Virus record (IMG/VR): IMGVR_UViG_3300050821_001227
Coordinates: 19,211 to 83,210 of that record
Length of the DNA stretch: 64,000 nt
Source of the DNA: a virus
Strand: one strand, 5' to 3'
Of the stretch, positions 25,930 to 35,976 are shown one piece after another. The notes beneath the pieces are model-generated. The model searched no databases. It had not been told where the DNA came from and worked only from the letters and a program-made list of their open reading frames with translations. Position 1 is the first letter of the stretch, and each line of letters opens with the position of its first letter. A program made the translations under genes and the position numbers.

Positions 25930-27525
25930 ATGGCAAATACAAAAATTAGTGCGCTGCCCTCGGGTAATCCAGCGCAGGCGGGAGACATCATTCCGATTGA
26001 CCGAGCAGGAGCAAATTTTGGCATCACTGCGGGCAGCGTCGGAACGTTGTTTAGCGGTATCGGGTCGGCAGTGATTTTGGCTGACGATATGGTGGGAGCC
26101 GACTGGGGCGCGAAAGTTCAAGCAGCCGATACGCAACTCGGCGTCACTGCCGGGGAGATTTGGATCACGCAAGCAGCAGGAACATCTGCGCCTGCGGCAA
26201 ACATCACTTTGAACAACGGCCACGTTCTGCGGTTCTTGCAAGGCGGGACATGGGCATTGGGTGCGCATAGCATCATCATTCCTGCTGGAGTTCTCGGTGC
26301 CGCTATTATCGGCTCAGGCGGAATCGAGACCACCGGACTGACTTATACCGGAACCGGGTTCGCCATTGTGGTTGGAGCAGCAGGGGCAACGCTAACTGAA
26401 GGCGTAACCCTACAAGATTTGTTCATTCAATGTCAGAGCGCATCAGATAACGCCGGATGCGTGCAACTTTTGGTCACGCTGTTTGTTAACCTCGTGCGAT
26501 GCTCATTAGCCTGTAACACGGCGCATGCTCAATACGGCGTTCTGTCAGATGGAACAGGTAACTTTTCATCCTACACGACGCTCCAATTCTGCACAATCAA
26601 CCTCGCTAAGTTCGCTGTTAAGTTCACAGGATCAAGCAACGCCAACATTCTTATTGGGGGCAGCGCTACGGGAAACTTATCGGTTGTTGCTGGGTCGATT
26701 GGCGTGGATATCGACAACGGCGACAGTTGCAACTTGATGAATTTTGACATTGAGAGTTATGCAATTGGGCTGCGCTTAAATTCATCCCACACATTGGTGA
26801 ATGCTCTACGTTCCGAAGCCAATACAACGGATGTGAACTTCACAGCCTCGGCCACTTCCAACAAAGTTTTTACGATTGATGCATCGGGAACTCTGACCGT
26901 CGTTAATTCTGGAGGAGCGACTAACCAGATTTTGTATTCGGACCAAGCGCTTGCTTTAGCGATAGCCGACATCAACACATCGGGGCAAGTAACCGCCACG
27001 CACCTTGCAGCGGCATTGCCAGTGAATCAGGGAGGGACTTCTCAGACGCAAGCAGGCCAGTACGGCCTGATGATTGCCCGTAGCGCCGTTAACGTATTGC
27101 AATCCACTCAAGCCGAGGCTGTGGTCTTTACCGCTACTATTCCAGCGGGATTTCTTACCGCTAATGGAGTGGTTGATATTGCACTTGCTGTGCGCAATTT
27201 GACGGTTACGGGTTCGAATACGTATCGCATTCGTGTAGGCGCTCACGGAAGCGGTCTGACCGGAGCAATCATTGCGAGTACCGCATCGGCTAGTTCAAAT
27301 ATTCAGATGACTTTTCGAGGGACACTGGCCAATCGAGGAGCAACCAATTCTCAACTTGGGGCCTTCCTCATTCAGTCAGCCAACACCGTGGATGGTTCCT
27401 CGCAGCACAGTACCGCATCGGTTGACACCACCGCTGCATGGGACATAGTCGTCACAATGCAGCAAACAAATGCAGACGCCAGTGGCGCAGATTTTCAAAG
27501 CGCGTGCGTCATCGTTTATCCATAA
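25930..27525 (+). CDS. Tail spike / fibre with right-handed beta-helix (putative depolymerase)
   Basis: MANTKISALP N-terminus; Asn/Gly/Ile-rich beta-helix-like repeats; LPVNQGGT motif. Confidence 0.7.
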   Translation: MANTKISALPSGNPAQAGDIIPIDRAGANFGITAGSVGTLFSGIGSAVILADDMVGADWGAKVQAADTQLGVTAGEIWITQAAGTSAPAANITLNNGHVLRFLQGGTWALGAHSIIIPAGVLGAAIIGSGGIETTGLTYTGTGFAIVVGAAGATLTEGVTLQDLFIQCQSASDNAGCVQLLVTLFVNLVRCSLACNTAHAQYGVLSDGTGNFSSYTTLQFCTINLAKFAVKFTGSSNANILIGGSATGNLSVVAGSIGVDIDNGDSCNLMNFDIESYAIGLRLNSSHTLVNALRSEANTTDVNFTASATSNKVFTIDASGTLTVVNSGGATNQILYSDQALALAIADINTSGQVTATHLAAALPVNQGGTSQTQAGQYGLMIARSAVNVLQSTQAEAVVFTATIPAGFLTANGVVDIALAVRNLTVTGSNTYRIRVGAHGSGLTGAIIASTASASSNIQMTFRGTLANRGATNSQLGAFLIQSANTVDGSSQHSTASVDTTAAWDIVVTMQQTNADASGADFQSACVIVYP

Positions 27526-27678
27526 GATTCACCGTGGCGCGCCGACCAACGCAATTGGGACGGCTGTTTTCGCGGTTGATTTTATCGTAGAATGTTTAGG
27601 TAATTAAGCAAGACGTGGAACAGAGGACTTCTAAAGAAGGCCACGTAAATATGTGCTCTGGAGGAAAAGGAAACGACA

Positions 27679-28479
27679 ATGAAGAATCTGTTACTAGCCG
27701 CAGTTCTGGCCCTGAGCACATTGTGCGTCGGCCAAGAAGCCACCACGATTTCAACCACGCCCGCTCCCACACAGGCGACCCAGTCACTCGCGAGTAGCGT
27801 CTACAAAGCTGTGACGCTGCTCTACAGTCAGGACGAAAACGGCGGGATGCACATGCACTGTACGGCCACCGCGTACAAGAAGACGGAAAAGGGATATCGG
27901 TTCGTGACCGCGTCCCATTGCGTACCGGGCGAGTCTCCCGAGGAGCAAGCAGACACCAAGTATTTCATCACGGCGGACGCCGAAGGTGAGAAGACGTACA
28001 TCAAGGCGACACTCGTTGCGGCCAGCGACAAGACTAGCGGCGAAGACTTCGCGATCTTCCAAGTGGACACGAAGGCGAACTTCGAAGTCATCCCACTGGG
28101 AGACAATGCTAAGCTGCATCTGGGATCGCAAGTCATCGACGTAGCCGGGCCTCTTGGTCTAGGCAAGCAGTTCTTCCAAGGATACGTCAGCAACCTGAAG
28201 TTGGATCGTCCCAAGCTGGACGCTGGCGAGATTCAATGGAAAGACGTGATGCTCGTTGTGATCGGTGGCGGACCCGGTTCTAGCGGATCGTCCATCGTCT
28301 CCGAAGAACAGAAAGCAATCGTCGGTTTCCTCGTCGGTAGCTTCAGCGCGAACATCGGCGTCATTTGCGTTCCTGTCGATGATTTCAAAGTGTTCGAAAG
28401 CAAAGTTGATGCCGGATCGTACGGCGACAAATCGGCCCTCGAACGGATGATTAAGAAAGTCATCAACGAGAAGAAATAG
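27679..28479 (+). CDS. Trypsin-like serine protease with N-terminal signal peptide
   Basis: MKNLLLAAVLALS signal; VTASHC (His), EDFAIF (Asp), GPGSSGS (Ser). Confidence 0.85.
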   Translation: MKNLLLAAVLALSTLCVGQEATTISTTPAPTQATQSLASSVYKAVTLLYSQDENGGMHMHCTATAYKKTEKGYRFVTASHCVPGESPEEQADTKYFITADAEGEKTYIKATLVAASDKTSGEDFAIFQVDTKANFEVIPLGDNAKLHLGSQVIDVAGPLGLGKQFFQGYVSNLKLDRPKLDAGEIQWKDVMLVVIGGGPGSSGSSIVSEEQKAIVGFLVGSFSANIGVICVPVDDFKVFESKVDAGSYGDKSALERMIKKVINEKK

Positions 28480-28487
28480 GAGTTACC

Positions 28488-29441
28488 GTGGCACTCGCAA
28501 CGAATACAATACTGGGCTCGATGGAGTGGGCGAAGCGATTTAACTTCAACCGACCATCGGGCATCGGCAGCCGTCTGGAGCCTGCAAAGACCAGCGCAAA
28601 CATCGTGATGCAGACGATCCTCAGTCCGCCATTCAAATGGTGGTGGAATAATGAGGAGTGGACGTTCACATGTTCGCCCACGCCTCTCACTGCTACACCC
28701 ACAGGTAACGTTAGCATCACTGCTGGCATCCTCACCATGACGGTGACGACCACAATTGGCGTGCAGCAGATCATTCTGTTGAGCGGCTTCACGGCAGCAA
28801 CTGTGCTGAACGGCCAGTCGGCAGTCATGCTGACGAACAACGGAACCACGATTACGGCGCAGATCAACCTGCCCAATCTGACTCCTACTGCGGCAACAGG
28901 CGGGCTAATCACTGCCGGGAGCACGCAGGATTATTCGCTATTGATTCCCGAGTTCAGCCACATTGAGCACGCCAGCGTTCTCGACATATCTAAGACCCCG
29001 AACAAGTGGATCGAACTGACCGTGAAGGACAGTCTGGCACTCGATAGCAACACCGGGCGTCCTGAGTTCATCGAACCGCACATACAGGACGCGGCAGGCA
29101 ATGTCACGTTCCGTCTCATGAAGGCTCCGAACTTGGCGTACCCTGTGTCGATACACATCCAAAAGACGGCAGTGCAGGTCACTAGCCTCAACCAAACGTG
29201 GGCTCCGATTCCGGACTTCATGGAGTACATCTACAATCAAGGATTCTTGGCTGCCATGTACGCCTTCTCCGACGATCCTCGTCGCGCCGAAGCAAGTCAG
29301 AAGTTCGTCACCCATCTGTTGGGACGACAATCTGGCATCTCGGCCACCGACCGCAATATCTTCTTGAACAACTGGAATGACCTGACCGAACTGGAAAAAA
29401 TGACCATGAGCCAAGGAGTTCAGGCGCGAGGAAATGGATAA
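28488..29441 (+). CDS. Putative head-tail adaptor / tail tubular protein, paralogue 2
   Basis: AN.VM..IL.PPFKWWWN and FRL...QT.APIPD...GFLA motifs are shared with 23010..24341. Confidence 0.6.
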   Translation: MALATNTILGSMEWAKRFNFNRPSGIGSRLEPAKTSANIVMQTILSPPFKWWWNNEEWTFTCSPTPLTATPTGNVSITAGILTMTVTTTIGVQQIILLSGFTAATVLNGQSAVMLTNNGTTITAQINLPNLTPTAATGGLITAGSTQDYSLLIPEFSHIEHASVLDISKTPNKWIELTVKDSLALDSNTGRPEFIEPHIQDAAGNVTFRLMKAPNLAYPVSIHIQKTAVQVTSLNQTWAPIPDFMEYIYNQGFLAAMYAFSDDPRRAEASQKFVTHLLGRQSGISATDRNIFLNNWNDLTELEKMTMSQGVQARGNG

Positions 29442-29443
29442 CC

Positions 29444-29857
29444 ATGCAGTGTATCATCTGCCACGGTGAGTTTGAGCAAACACGGTCCAATCGAGTCTGT
29501 TGCTCACACAAGTGTGCGCAGGCGAAGTGGTTTCGCGACCAAGGGGCTAACTACTTCGCAGATAGATATGCAGCAAACCCAGAAGCTGCAAAGGCTGCGG
29601 TAAAGAGGCACACCGCAAAATTAAAAGATATTGTCTATCTGGCTACTGTAATAGACCCAAAGTTTCTAACGCTCGACCACGTCAATAACGACGGGCACGA
29701 GCATCGCAAAGTTTTGAAGCATCGCAATCCTGCAACGCTATATCGCTGGATTATAGAGAACAACTTCCCACCGATGTTTCAGGTACTCTGCTTTAACTGC
29801 AACTGTGGCAAGAATGTAAATGGCGGCATCTGTCCGCATTTCGGAGATAAATTATGA
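29444..29857 (+). CDS. HNH-like endonuclease, probably internally deleted
   Basis: FLTLDHVNNDG...FQVLCFNCNCGK..NGGICPH; the CxxC normally preceding it is missing. Confidence 0.7.
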   Translation: MQCIICHGEFEQTRSNRVCCSHKCAQAKWFRDQGANYFADRYAANPEAAKAAVKRHTAKLKDIVYLATVIDPKFLTLDHVNNDGHEHRKVLKHRNPATLYRWIIENNFPPMFQVLCFNCNCGKNVNGGICPHFGDKL

Positions 29858-31053
29858 GTGCTCCTACAAAGGTGCAATTGGTTGGTGGGCATTTCCAAGA
29901 CACGATGGGCAACATTCTCGCAGAAGGCTCCTTGGTGATGGAGTTGGTGCAGGATGAGCAACTCTCCAACAGCACTGGGCAGGTTTGCGGCGGCATAAAA
30001 ATTACCGTACCACTGGACGAGGAAGGTAACGTGTTCGGTACCTCTGGTGATGAGTCGGAGCCTAACCAGTACGTATGGCCCACTGACGTGATGACGCCTT
30101 CGGGCGCTTCTTATACTGTGTGGGGATATGCGGCAGATGGGCAGCTTGCTTGGGGTCCGAATTACAATCTTCTGGTTCCCAGTGGCGCAACGTTTGATGT
30201 TGATAACTGGATTCCTAATTCGACGGGGAACAATGGTGCCGGAAATACAGGCGGCATCACTCTTCAAACAAACGGAACCAATAACGGCAGTCAGCAGTTA
30301 CTTGATTTACAACAAGGTGCGAACATTACTTTGACCGACAACGGTTCTGGGCAGATTACAATTTCGTCTGCCGGGTCGAGTGGTCCGAGAAACCGAAGCT
30401 GGCATGGTTGGACTACGGATGGTTCGGATGCAGTCATTTCTCCAGTAGACGGTTTTGGTTGTACACCTTCGGGTTCAAGTTCCTCCGGTCTTGGTGTCGC
30501 ACCAACTGCTGCACTACCAGCGATGGTAAACATCAACACAGGTGCCGCGTCAAGCGTTCAGTACGTAGCTGCGAATGGGTCTCCTCACACAGTTGGCAAA
30601 ACTGTTACATTAGGCATTTTGGGGTTGGTTGAGTTAAAAGCGCAGCAACCCGCGACAACTACGAAGCGCGTATGGATTGGTTTGTTGGGCGGTATGCCAA
30701 ACAATGCGACATTTTATGCATCGGATACTCCAGTCGAACCGACGTGCGCATTCAGGTACTCGACCCATGCAAGCGATACCGCGTGGGAATGTGTTGTCAC
30801 GGACGGTACGACCCAGTTGACCGTTAGTTCGAGCGTTGCTATTGACACCGCACTGCACACATTCGCGATTCAATTCACGACTCCAAATGTTTTGTTTTTC
30901 ATTGACGGAGTATTGGTCGCAACTGTAGCAATTACGACTACAACCCTGACCACGGCTACGGGGTTCTGTCCGTGCATGACGGTGGATAACGTTGGGTCAA
31001 GTAACAATGTGTCGTCGAATCTCAGTTACATTTATTGGGACACAAACGTCTAA
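29854..31053 (+). CDS. Tail / fibre-associated virion protein (C-terminal lectin-like beta domain)
   Basis: T/S/G-rich; ...HTFAI...FFIDGVLVAT motif; tail module context. Confidence 0.6.
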   Translation: MSAPTKVQLVGGHFQDTMGNILAEGSLVMELVQDEQLSNSTGQVCGGIKITVPLDEEGNVFGTSGDESEPNQYVWPTDVMTPSGASYTVWGYAADGQLAWGPNYNLLVPSGATFDVDNWIPNSTGNNGAGNTGGITLQTNGTNNGSQQLLDLQQGANITLTDNGSGQITISSAGSSGPRNRSWHGWTTDGSDAVISPVDGFGCTPSGSSSSGLGVAPTAALPAMVNINTGAASSVQYVAANGSPHTVGKTVTLGILGLVELKAQQPATTTKRVWIGLLGGMPNNATFYASDTPVEPTCAFRYSTHASDTAWECVVTDGTTQLTVSSSVAIDTALHTFAIQFTTPNVLFFIDGVLVATVAITTTTLTTATGFCPCMTVDNVGSSNNVSSNLSYIYWDTNV

Positions 31054-31063
31054 GGAGCACTAA

Positions 31064-34000
31064 ATGCCAGCACAGATTCCAGCAAATGGCGGACAGCCAC
31101 AGAAACCTACGAAGTCGGCGTCCCTGTACACTGGACGATTTTTCCAAGGTCTTAATACAAACAGAAGCCCGCTGCGTATGGGCGGGATGACTTGGATTTA
31201 CGAGAAGTTCTACGGCGGGCAGAACGATGCTTTGATCGGCGGACTTAACACAGAAATCAGCAATCGTCTGACCCTGTGCCGTCGTCCCGGCAACCCTGTC
31301 TACACCAATCCCACGAGTGGTGTAGTCAGCGCCACGTTTGACGACGTGGATCGTTTTGAGTCGTTCCACTTGCTTGGTCCCACGACCGAGGACATTGATG
31401 TTATGATCGACACCGTTGGAACCTCTGGTGGCGATCAGCCTAGCATCTGGACAGGTCTGGATGCTACTGGCGTACGCGGAACCTTTCCGGGCGGAAGCAA
31501 AAAACAACTTGTGTTCCAGAAGTCTGTGGCGCAGCAAGCGTACATGGAATCGGTCGGCAACACTCTGTTCTTTGGTGATGGCGCTGAACAGCGTAAATGG
31601 CTGGAGACGGTCATTACGTGGGCAAGCATTCCTTCGGGCGTGCTCTCAGCCGGACAGTACCCGTACTACACGACGTACCTTGTCGATTCGAATTTTAACA
31701 TCCAACAATTGATCGGCACGATTCTAAACAACTCGGGCAGTTCCAACCACGTCACTATCGCCTCCGATGGCGTCACGGTGACGTTGAACTTTGCGTCTGC
31801 TGGCGTTGTCACGAACTCAGGGCTGGTATCTGGTACCACGGCACTGCCGCAATCTGGCAGCCCGGTTACCTTCATCGACTTTACAACCGTCACACAGTTG
31901 AACGGCCAGCTTGGGTACGTCACCAATATCGCGGGAGCCGTTGTGACCGTGGTTCTGACTACCGCAGTTGCGCCTCACTCTGTTGTGTCCGATCCCGGCA
32001 ACATGATTATCGTGAATGGCGGAACACCGACCAAAGGTAACAGCGAACCGACATGGGCAACTGTCGCGCTGGCACCCGCAGCCGTGTGGCCTTTCCCTGA
32101 TAACGTTCTCACCATCGACGGCACCGCGCTGTGGATCAATCGCAGCCTAGTCACGTCTACACAAGCCGCAGGTATTTTCAACTGGGGTATCAAGGGACCG
32201 ACAGGGCAATTGGCCAAGGTCTCGCCGAATATTGGCAGCGGAACATGGCAGCCGAACACGTACTACTCGCTCGATGGCGTACTGATCGATAGCAACGGAA
32301 ACCTTCAACAGGTCTCCACGGTTGGCACTGGCGGAGCAGTAACCCCGACTTGGCAGACGAGTGTTGGTCTGGTCACCAGCGCAACAGGCGGAACCGCAAA
32401 ATGGACGATGATCCAGACTGCGGCTTCTCTGACGTACGCAAGCGGCACCGTGTACTGTCCAGAGCACGTCGATCCTATTTCCGGGCAACCTGTGAATGGG
32501 ACCGGACAGTACATCAAGCAGAACGCTGCTGGCGTACCTTGCTTGTTTCAGCTTCAACCGAACATCCAGCCGCAAATCATTCAGCAAGCGGCAACACCGT
32601 CGAACACTAACATGAGTGCGGGCGACTATGTTGATCTGTGGTACTACGCTGGAGACGGCAATTCCGGATTATTCAAACCCGTGCCAGCCACAACTGGTGG
32701 CGCAACGGCGACCGCAAAAGTCAACAGTTTGATTTTCAATCCCGGTCCGGACCCGAACGAACAACCCATGGTTAATGCTACGCTGAACCAAGCGGGCGAA
32801 ATCACGGGTGTCACGACTCCGTGGGCAAGCGCGACCGCGAATTACAGCATGGTGGCTTTGTTCTCTGTCCTCATCACGCCAGAGTTCATGTTGGCTACTG
32901 GCGGACAATGCCAGTTGCTCATAAGCCACGATGACGGAATGGTCATCGGCTGCGCTCAGTCGAACGTGACATGGGCAGGCCCGCAGAACCTCAACGGTCA
33001 GTCAGTGTCAGCCCTGAACAGCTTCGCTCTGATTGGCGGAAACAACGTCAATGGCGATGTTGAAGATACCGGAATCATCACCTTCCCGAACGCGGGCGTG
33101 TATGATTTCGAAATCAACTACTTTCAAAACATTAACGAACAAACACTTGTCGTGCAGATGAACGGCTTCACGCCTCCTCCTGCTGTCGGTCCTTACACCG
33201 TCACATCCTGCGCTAATGCATCGGCAGGAAGCACTGTGTACGCCGGGACGTTCCCGGTTGGTGTTGCAAGTCCAGTCGGACAGACGTTCGACGTTACGGG
33301 CTTCGTCACGAATCCGGGCAACAATGGGTACTGGCCTTGCACAGCAGCGACGACCACGCACTTGACGTTGACCAACCCGAACGGTGTTGCAGAGACGGCA
33401 ACCGCTGTGGCGACGTGTAAGAGCATTCGTACGATGGCAGCAGCATCGGCACCTTCTTGGCCCTCATGGGGCGTAGGAAGTGCGCCGGGCTATCCTTCTG
33501 TCACAGAGCAAGGCAGCTATCCCGGTAATGGGCACGGTGTGTACGCCCCCACGGGCGGAACCGCGACATGGAACAACCATGGGCCTGCGGCAGACTTTGT
33601 GTTCAAAGCGAACCAGAGTTTTACGCTGGCTGACACCATCACTACGGATGTCAACCAGAATCAAGAAGCGCCCTATCGAACGGGCTACACTTCTACGGTT
33701 CAACCGACTTGGCAGAAGGCGCTCAACGCGCTGACCACCGATAACCCGAATCTGGTATGGATCAATCAAGGTCCACAGGCTTCGACCGCAAATCCGACGA
33801 CACTGACCGCAGCTTCTGGTTGGAAGTACGGAGTCGCGCTTGTCAACTCTCTTGACGACACCGTATCCAATATGTCTCAGTTCTCACCGACTACAGGGCC
33901 AGTGACGAATGCGTCATACATCAACATCCCAGCAGGGTACGGCTTGCCGCCGATTGCGCAGATCGACCCGCAAGCAGACTATGTCAACATCTACCGTACG

Positions 34001-35266
34001 ACAGATGGTGGAGCAATCCCTCTTCTGATCCCCGGCGTTGACAACAGCGGTTACACGATCCCCCTGAACGAGTACCTGAAGAACGGATTTCAAGACACAA
34101 CTCAGGACACCGGGTTGAACACTGAAATAACAGGAGCACAGGCTGGAGAGAACACCCCTCCCGCTCTCGGCGCGATAAACTTGGTCTATCACCTGAATCG
34201 TCTCTGGTACAGCATCGGAAACGTAGTTTATTATACGACCGGCCCGGCAACCCCGGATGGTAACGGGTTGAACGGAACGGCCCCACTGAACTTTGACCAG
34301 ATGCCTTCACTCGTCAAGAGAATGTTCCCGACTTCAATCGGTCTTCTCGTGTTCACCATTTCCGATGTGTACATCATTGCGGGACAAGGAACCACGACCA
34401 ACCCGATTCAGCCCGGCGAACCTTATCTGCCGGGAGTCGGACTACTGAGCTACAACGCGCTAGACAACTGTGGCACCATCATCGGCCTTCTGACAACAGA
34501 CGGAACTCAGATGATGATCGACCCCGGTGGAGGTTTCATTGACTCCGGTCAGCCCATTGGTAACAACTTTGCGCTCCGGAAGAACGACGTTCTCGGTCAG
34601 AACTGGAACCCGTCCGATGCATACGTCGCATGGTACGTGAACGGCGAAGATCAAGCATGGTATATCGCGGATGGACAGACGGGATGGTACAGACTGTGTG
34701 CCACGCCTGCTCCTGAAACGGGATATAGTTGGTCACCCTTTGCTCAGATCGCTGGCGGAACTAATGATTCGCCTTCGATACAAGCTGTGCAGAGTATTGA
34801 AGTTCAGCCCGGCATCAAGAGACTTTTGAGCGGACCCTTTGGGACTGGTCAGATTCTGCGGCGTGCATCTCTGGCAACCCCATCCTTCACAGATGGAGCG
34901 GCAGCGTATCGTGCGTATGCAGACATAGGCTCCTTGGTACTGGTTGACCCCGGCCAAGCAGCAGGCGTGAACTTCGTGACCACAGAGTGTGTGAAGGTAG
35001 GAACTCCACTCACCCTCGGCATGTTGTTCGACGAAGCCGAACCGTACACCAACGTGCCGTTCTCCATTCTACGGAACTGGGAGAATGATCCACCTAACCG
35101 TCCCAAGTCCCGCAGTCTTCTGTCACAGCGTTTCTATGTGTCAGACGACGAAGACATCGACGCAATTTGTCGGAACATTCAGTTGCGGGTAGACTGGGGC
35201 ACCGATACAGTACAGAACGAATTGCTCACTTATAGTGTGTTCGGTTCGTACTATGCTGAAAACTAG
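31064..35266 (+). CDS. Large tail protein (nozzle / stabilisation type) with inserted PA14-like and carbohydrate-binding-like modules
   Basis: 1400 aa; N.EI......RRPG N-terminus; NIYRTTDGG; SHDDG...GVYDFEINYFQ (PA14-like); WQPNT.Y repeats. Confidence 0.7.
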   Translation: MPAQIPANGGQPQKPTKSASLYTGRFFQGLNTNRSPLRMGGMTWIYEKFYGGQNDALIGGLNTEISNRLTLCRRPGNPVYTNPTSGVVSATFDDVDRFESFHLLGPTTEDIDVMIDTVGTSGGDQPSIWTGLDATGVRGTFPGGSKKQLVFQKSVAQQAYMESVGNTLFFGDGAEQRKWLETVITWASIPSGVLSAGQYPYYTTYLVDSNFNIQQLIGTILNNSGSSNHVTIASDGVTVTLNFASAGVVTNSGLVSGTTALPQSGSPVTFIDFTTVTQLNGQLGYVTNIAGAVVTVVLTTAVAPHSVVSDPGNMIIVNGGTPTKGNSEPTWATVALAPAAVWPFPDNVLTIDGTALWINRSLVTSTQAAGIFNWGIKGPTGQLAKVSPNIGSGTWQPNTYYSLDGVLIDSNGNLQQVSTVGTGGAVTPTWQTSVGLVTSATGGTAKWTMIQTAASLTYASGTVYCPEHVDPISGQPVNGTGQYIKQNAAGVPCLFQLQPNIQPQIIQQAATPSNTNMSAGDYVDLWYYAGDGNSGLFKPVPATTGGATATAKVNSLIFNPGPDPNEQPMVNATLNQAGEITGVTTPWASATANYSMVALFSVLITPEFMLATGGQCQLLISHDDGMVIGCAQSNVTWAGPQNLNGQSVSALNSFALIGGNNVNGDVEDTGIITFPNAGVYDFEINYFQNINEQTLVVQMNGFTPPPAVGPYTVTSCANASAGSTVYAGTFPVGVASPVGQTFDVTGFVTNPGNNGYWPCTAATTTHLTLTNPNGVAETATAVATCKSIRTMAAASAPSWPSWGVGSAPGYPSVTEQGSYPGNGHGVYAPTGGTATWNNHGPAADFVFKANQSFTLADTITTDVNQNQEAPYRTGYTSTVQPTWQKALNALTTDNPNLVWINQGPQASTANPTTLTAASGWKYGVALVNSLDDTVSNMSQFSPTTGPVTNASYINIPAGYGLPPIAQIDPQADYVNIYRTTDGGAIPLLIPGVDNSGYTIPLNEYLKNGFQDTTQDTGLNTEITGAQAGENTPPALGAINLVYHLNRLWYSIGNVVYYTTGPATPDGNGLNGTAPLNFDQMPSLVKRMFPTSIGLLVFTISDVYIIAGQGTTTNPIQPGEPYLPGVGLLSYNALDNCGTIIGLLTTDGTQMMIDPGGGFIDSGQPIGNNFALRKNDVLGQNWNPSDAYVAWYVNGEDQAWYIADGQTGWYRLCATPAPETGYSWSPFAQIAGGTNDSPSIQAVQSIEVQPGIKRLLSGPFGTGQILRRASLATPSFTDGAAAYRAYADIGSLVLVDPGQAAGVNFVTTECVKVGTPLTLGMLFDEAEPYTNVPFSILRNWENDPPNRPKSRSLLSQRFYVSDDEDIDAICRNIQLRVDWGTDTVQNELLTYSVFGSYYAEN

Positions 35267-35274
35267 GAGCAACT

Positions 35275-35976
35275 ATGCCCTCAGTCCAAGACGCAATCAA
35301 CGCAGATCGTTCGAAGCTGACACCTATCAGTGACGCGCAGCAGATGGATCAAAAACCACCTGCTGCGCAAAGCGATTCGCGCCTCAATAGTTTGTTGAAG
35401 TCGCCCTACGCACGCTGTCCACTGCCTGCGTCGAACAACTCAGCCGACTCGTTGCGTCAATGGGGACAAGGCACGGATGTTCCAGTGTTTCGAACATCGG
35501 CACCTCCACTCAATTCCAACAATGGGGGCGGCAGCACCATAATCAATAGTAGTGCCACATCTTCAAGTAGCTCCGGTGGCACTACACCAGCTACTCTGCC
35601 GAGTTCGCAGAACGCCAGCGTAACAACGCCGACGTTAGCACCCGGCCAAACATGGACAGGCACGTTGCAGATGGCGAAGTCCTTCATCGTAGTTCAGGTG
35701 ACTGGTAGTGCATTCTGCCGCGTCGAACTGTATGGCACCAAGATCGCGCAGACGCTCGATATAGGCCGTCCGGTTACGCAGGGTCCATCGAACACCACGA
35801 CGGGTCTCATCTTAGATGTAGCGTTGCTAACCGCCAAGACATGGCAGGTTCTGGACTGTGTAGGATCGAACGATGATTCGACGCGGTCGGCAACGATCTA
35901 CATCACGGTCACAAATCTTTCAACGGGCGCAGGAGCAATCACGGCCTCGTTGTTGTTTGTACCAGAGGAAAGTTAG
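35275..35976 (+). CDS. Virion protein
   Basis: AGGAG RBS; beta-rich C-terminal half. Confidence 0.65.
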   Translation: MPSVQDAINADRSKLTPISDAQQMDQKPPAAQSDSRLNSLLKSPYARCPLPASNNSADSLRQWGQGTDVPVFRTSAPPLNSNNGGGSTIINSSATSSSSSGGTTPATLPSSQNASVTTPTLAPGQTWTGTLQMAKSFIVVQVTGSAFCRVELYGTKIAQTLDIGRPVTQGPSNTTTGLILDVALLTAKTWQVLDCVGSNDDSTRSATIYITVTNLSTGAGAITASLLFVPEES

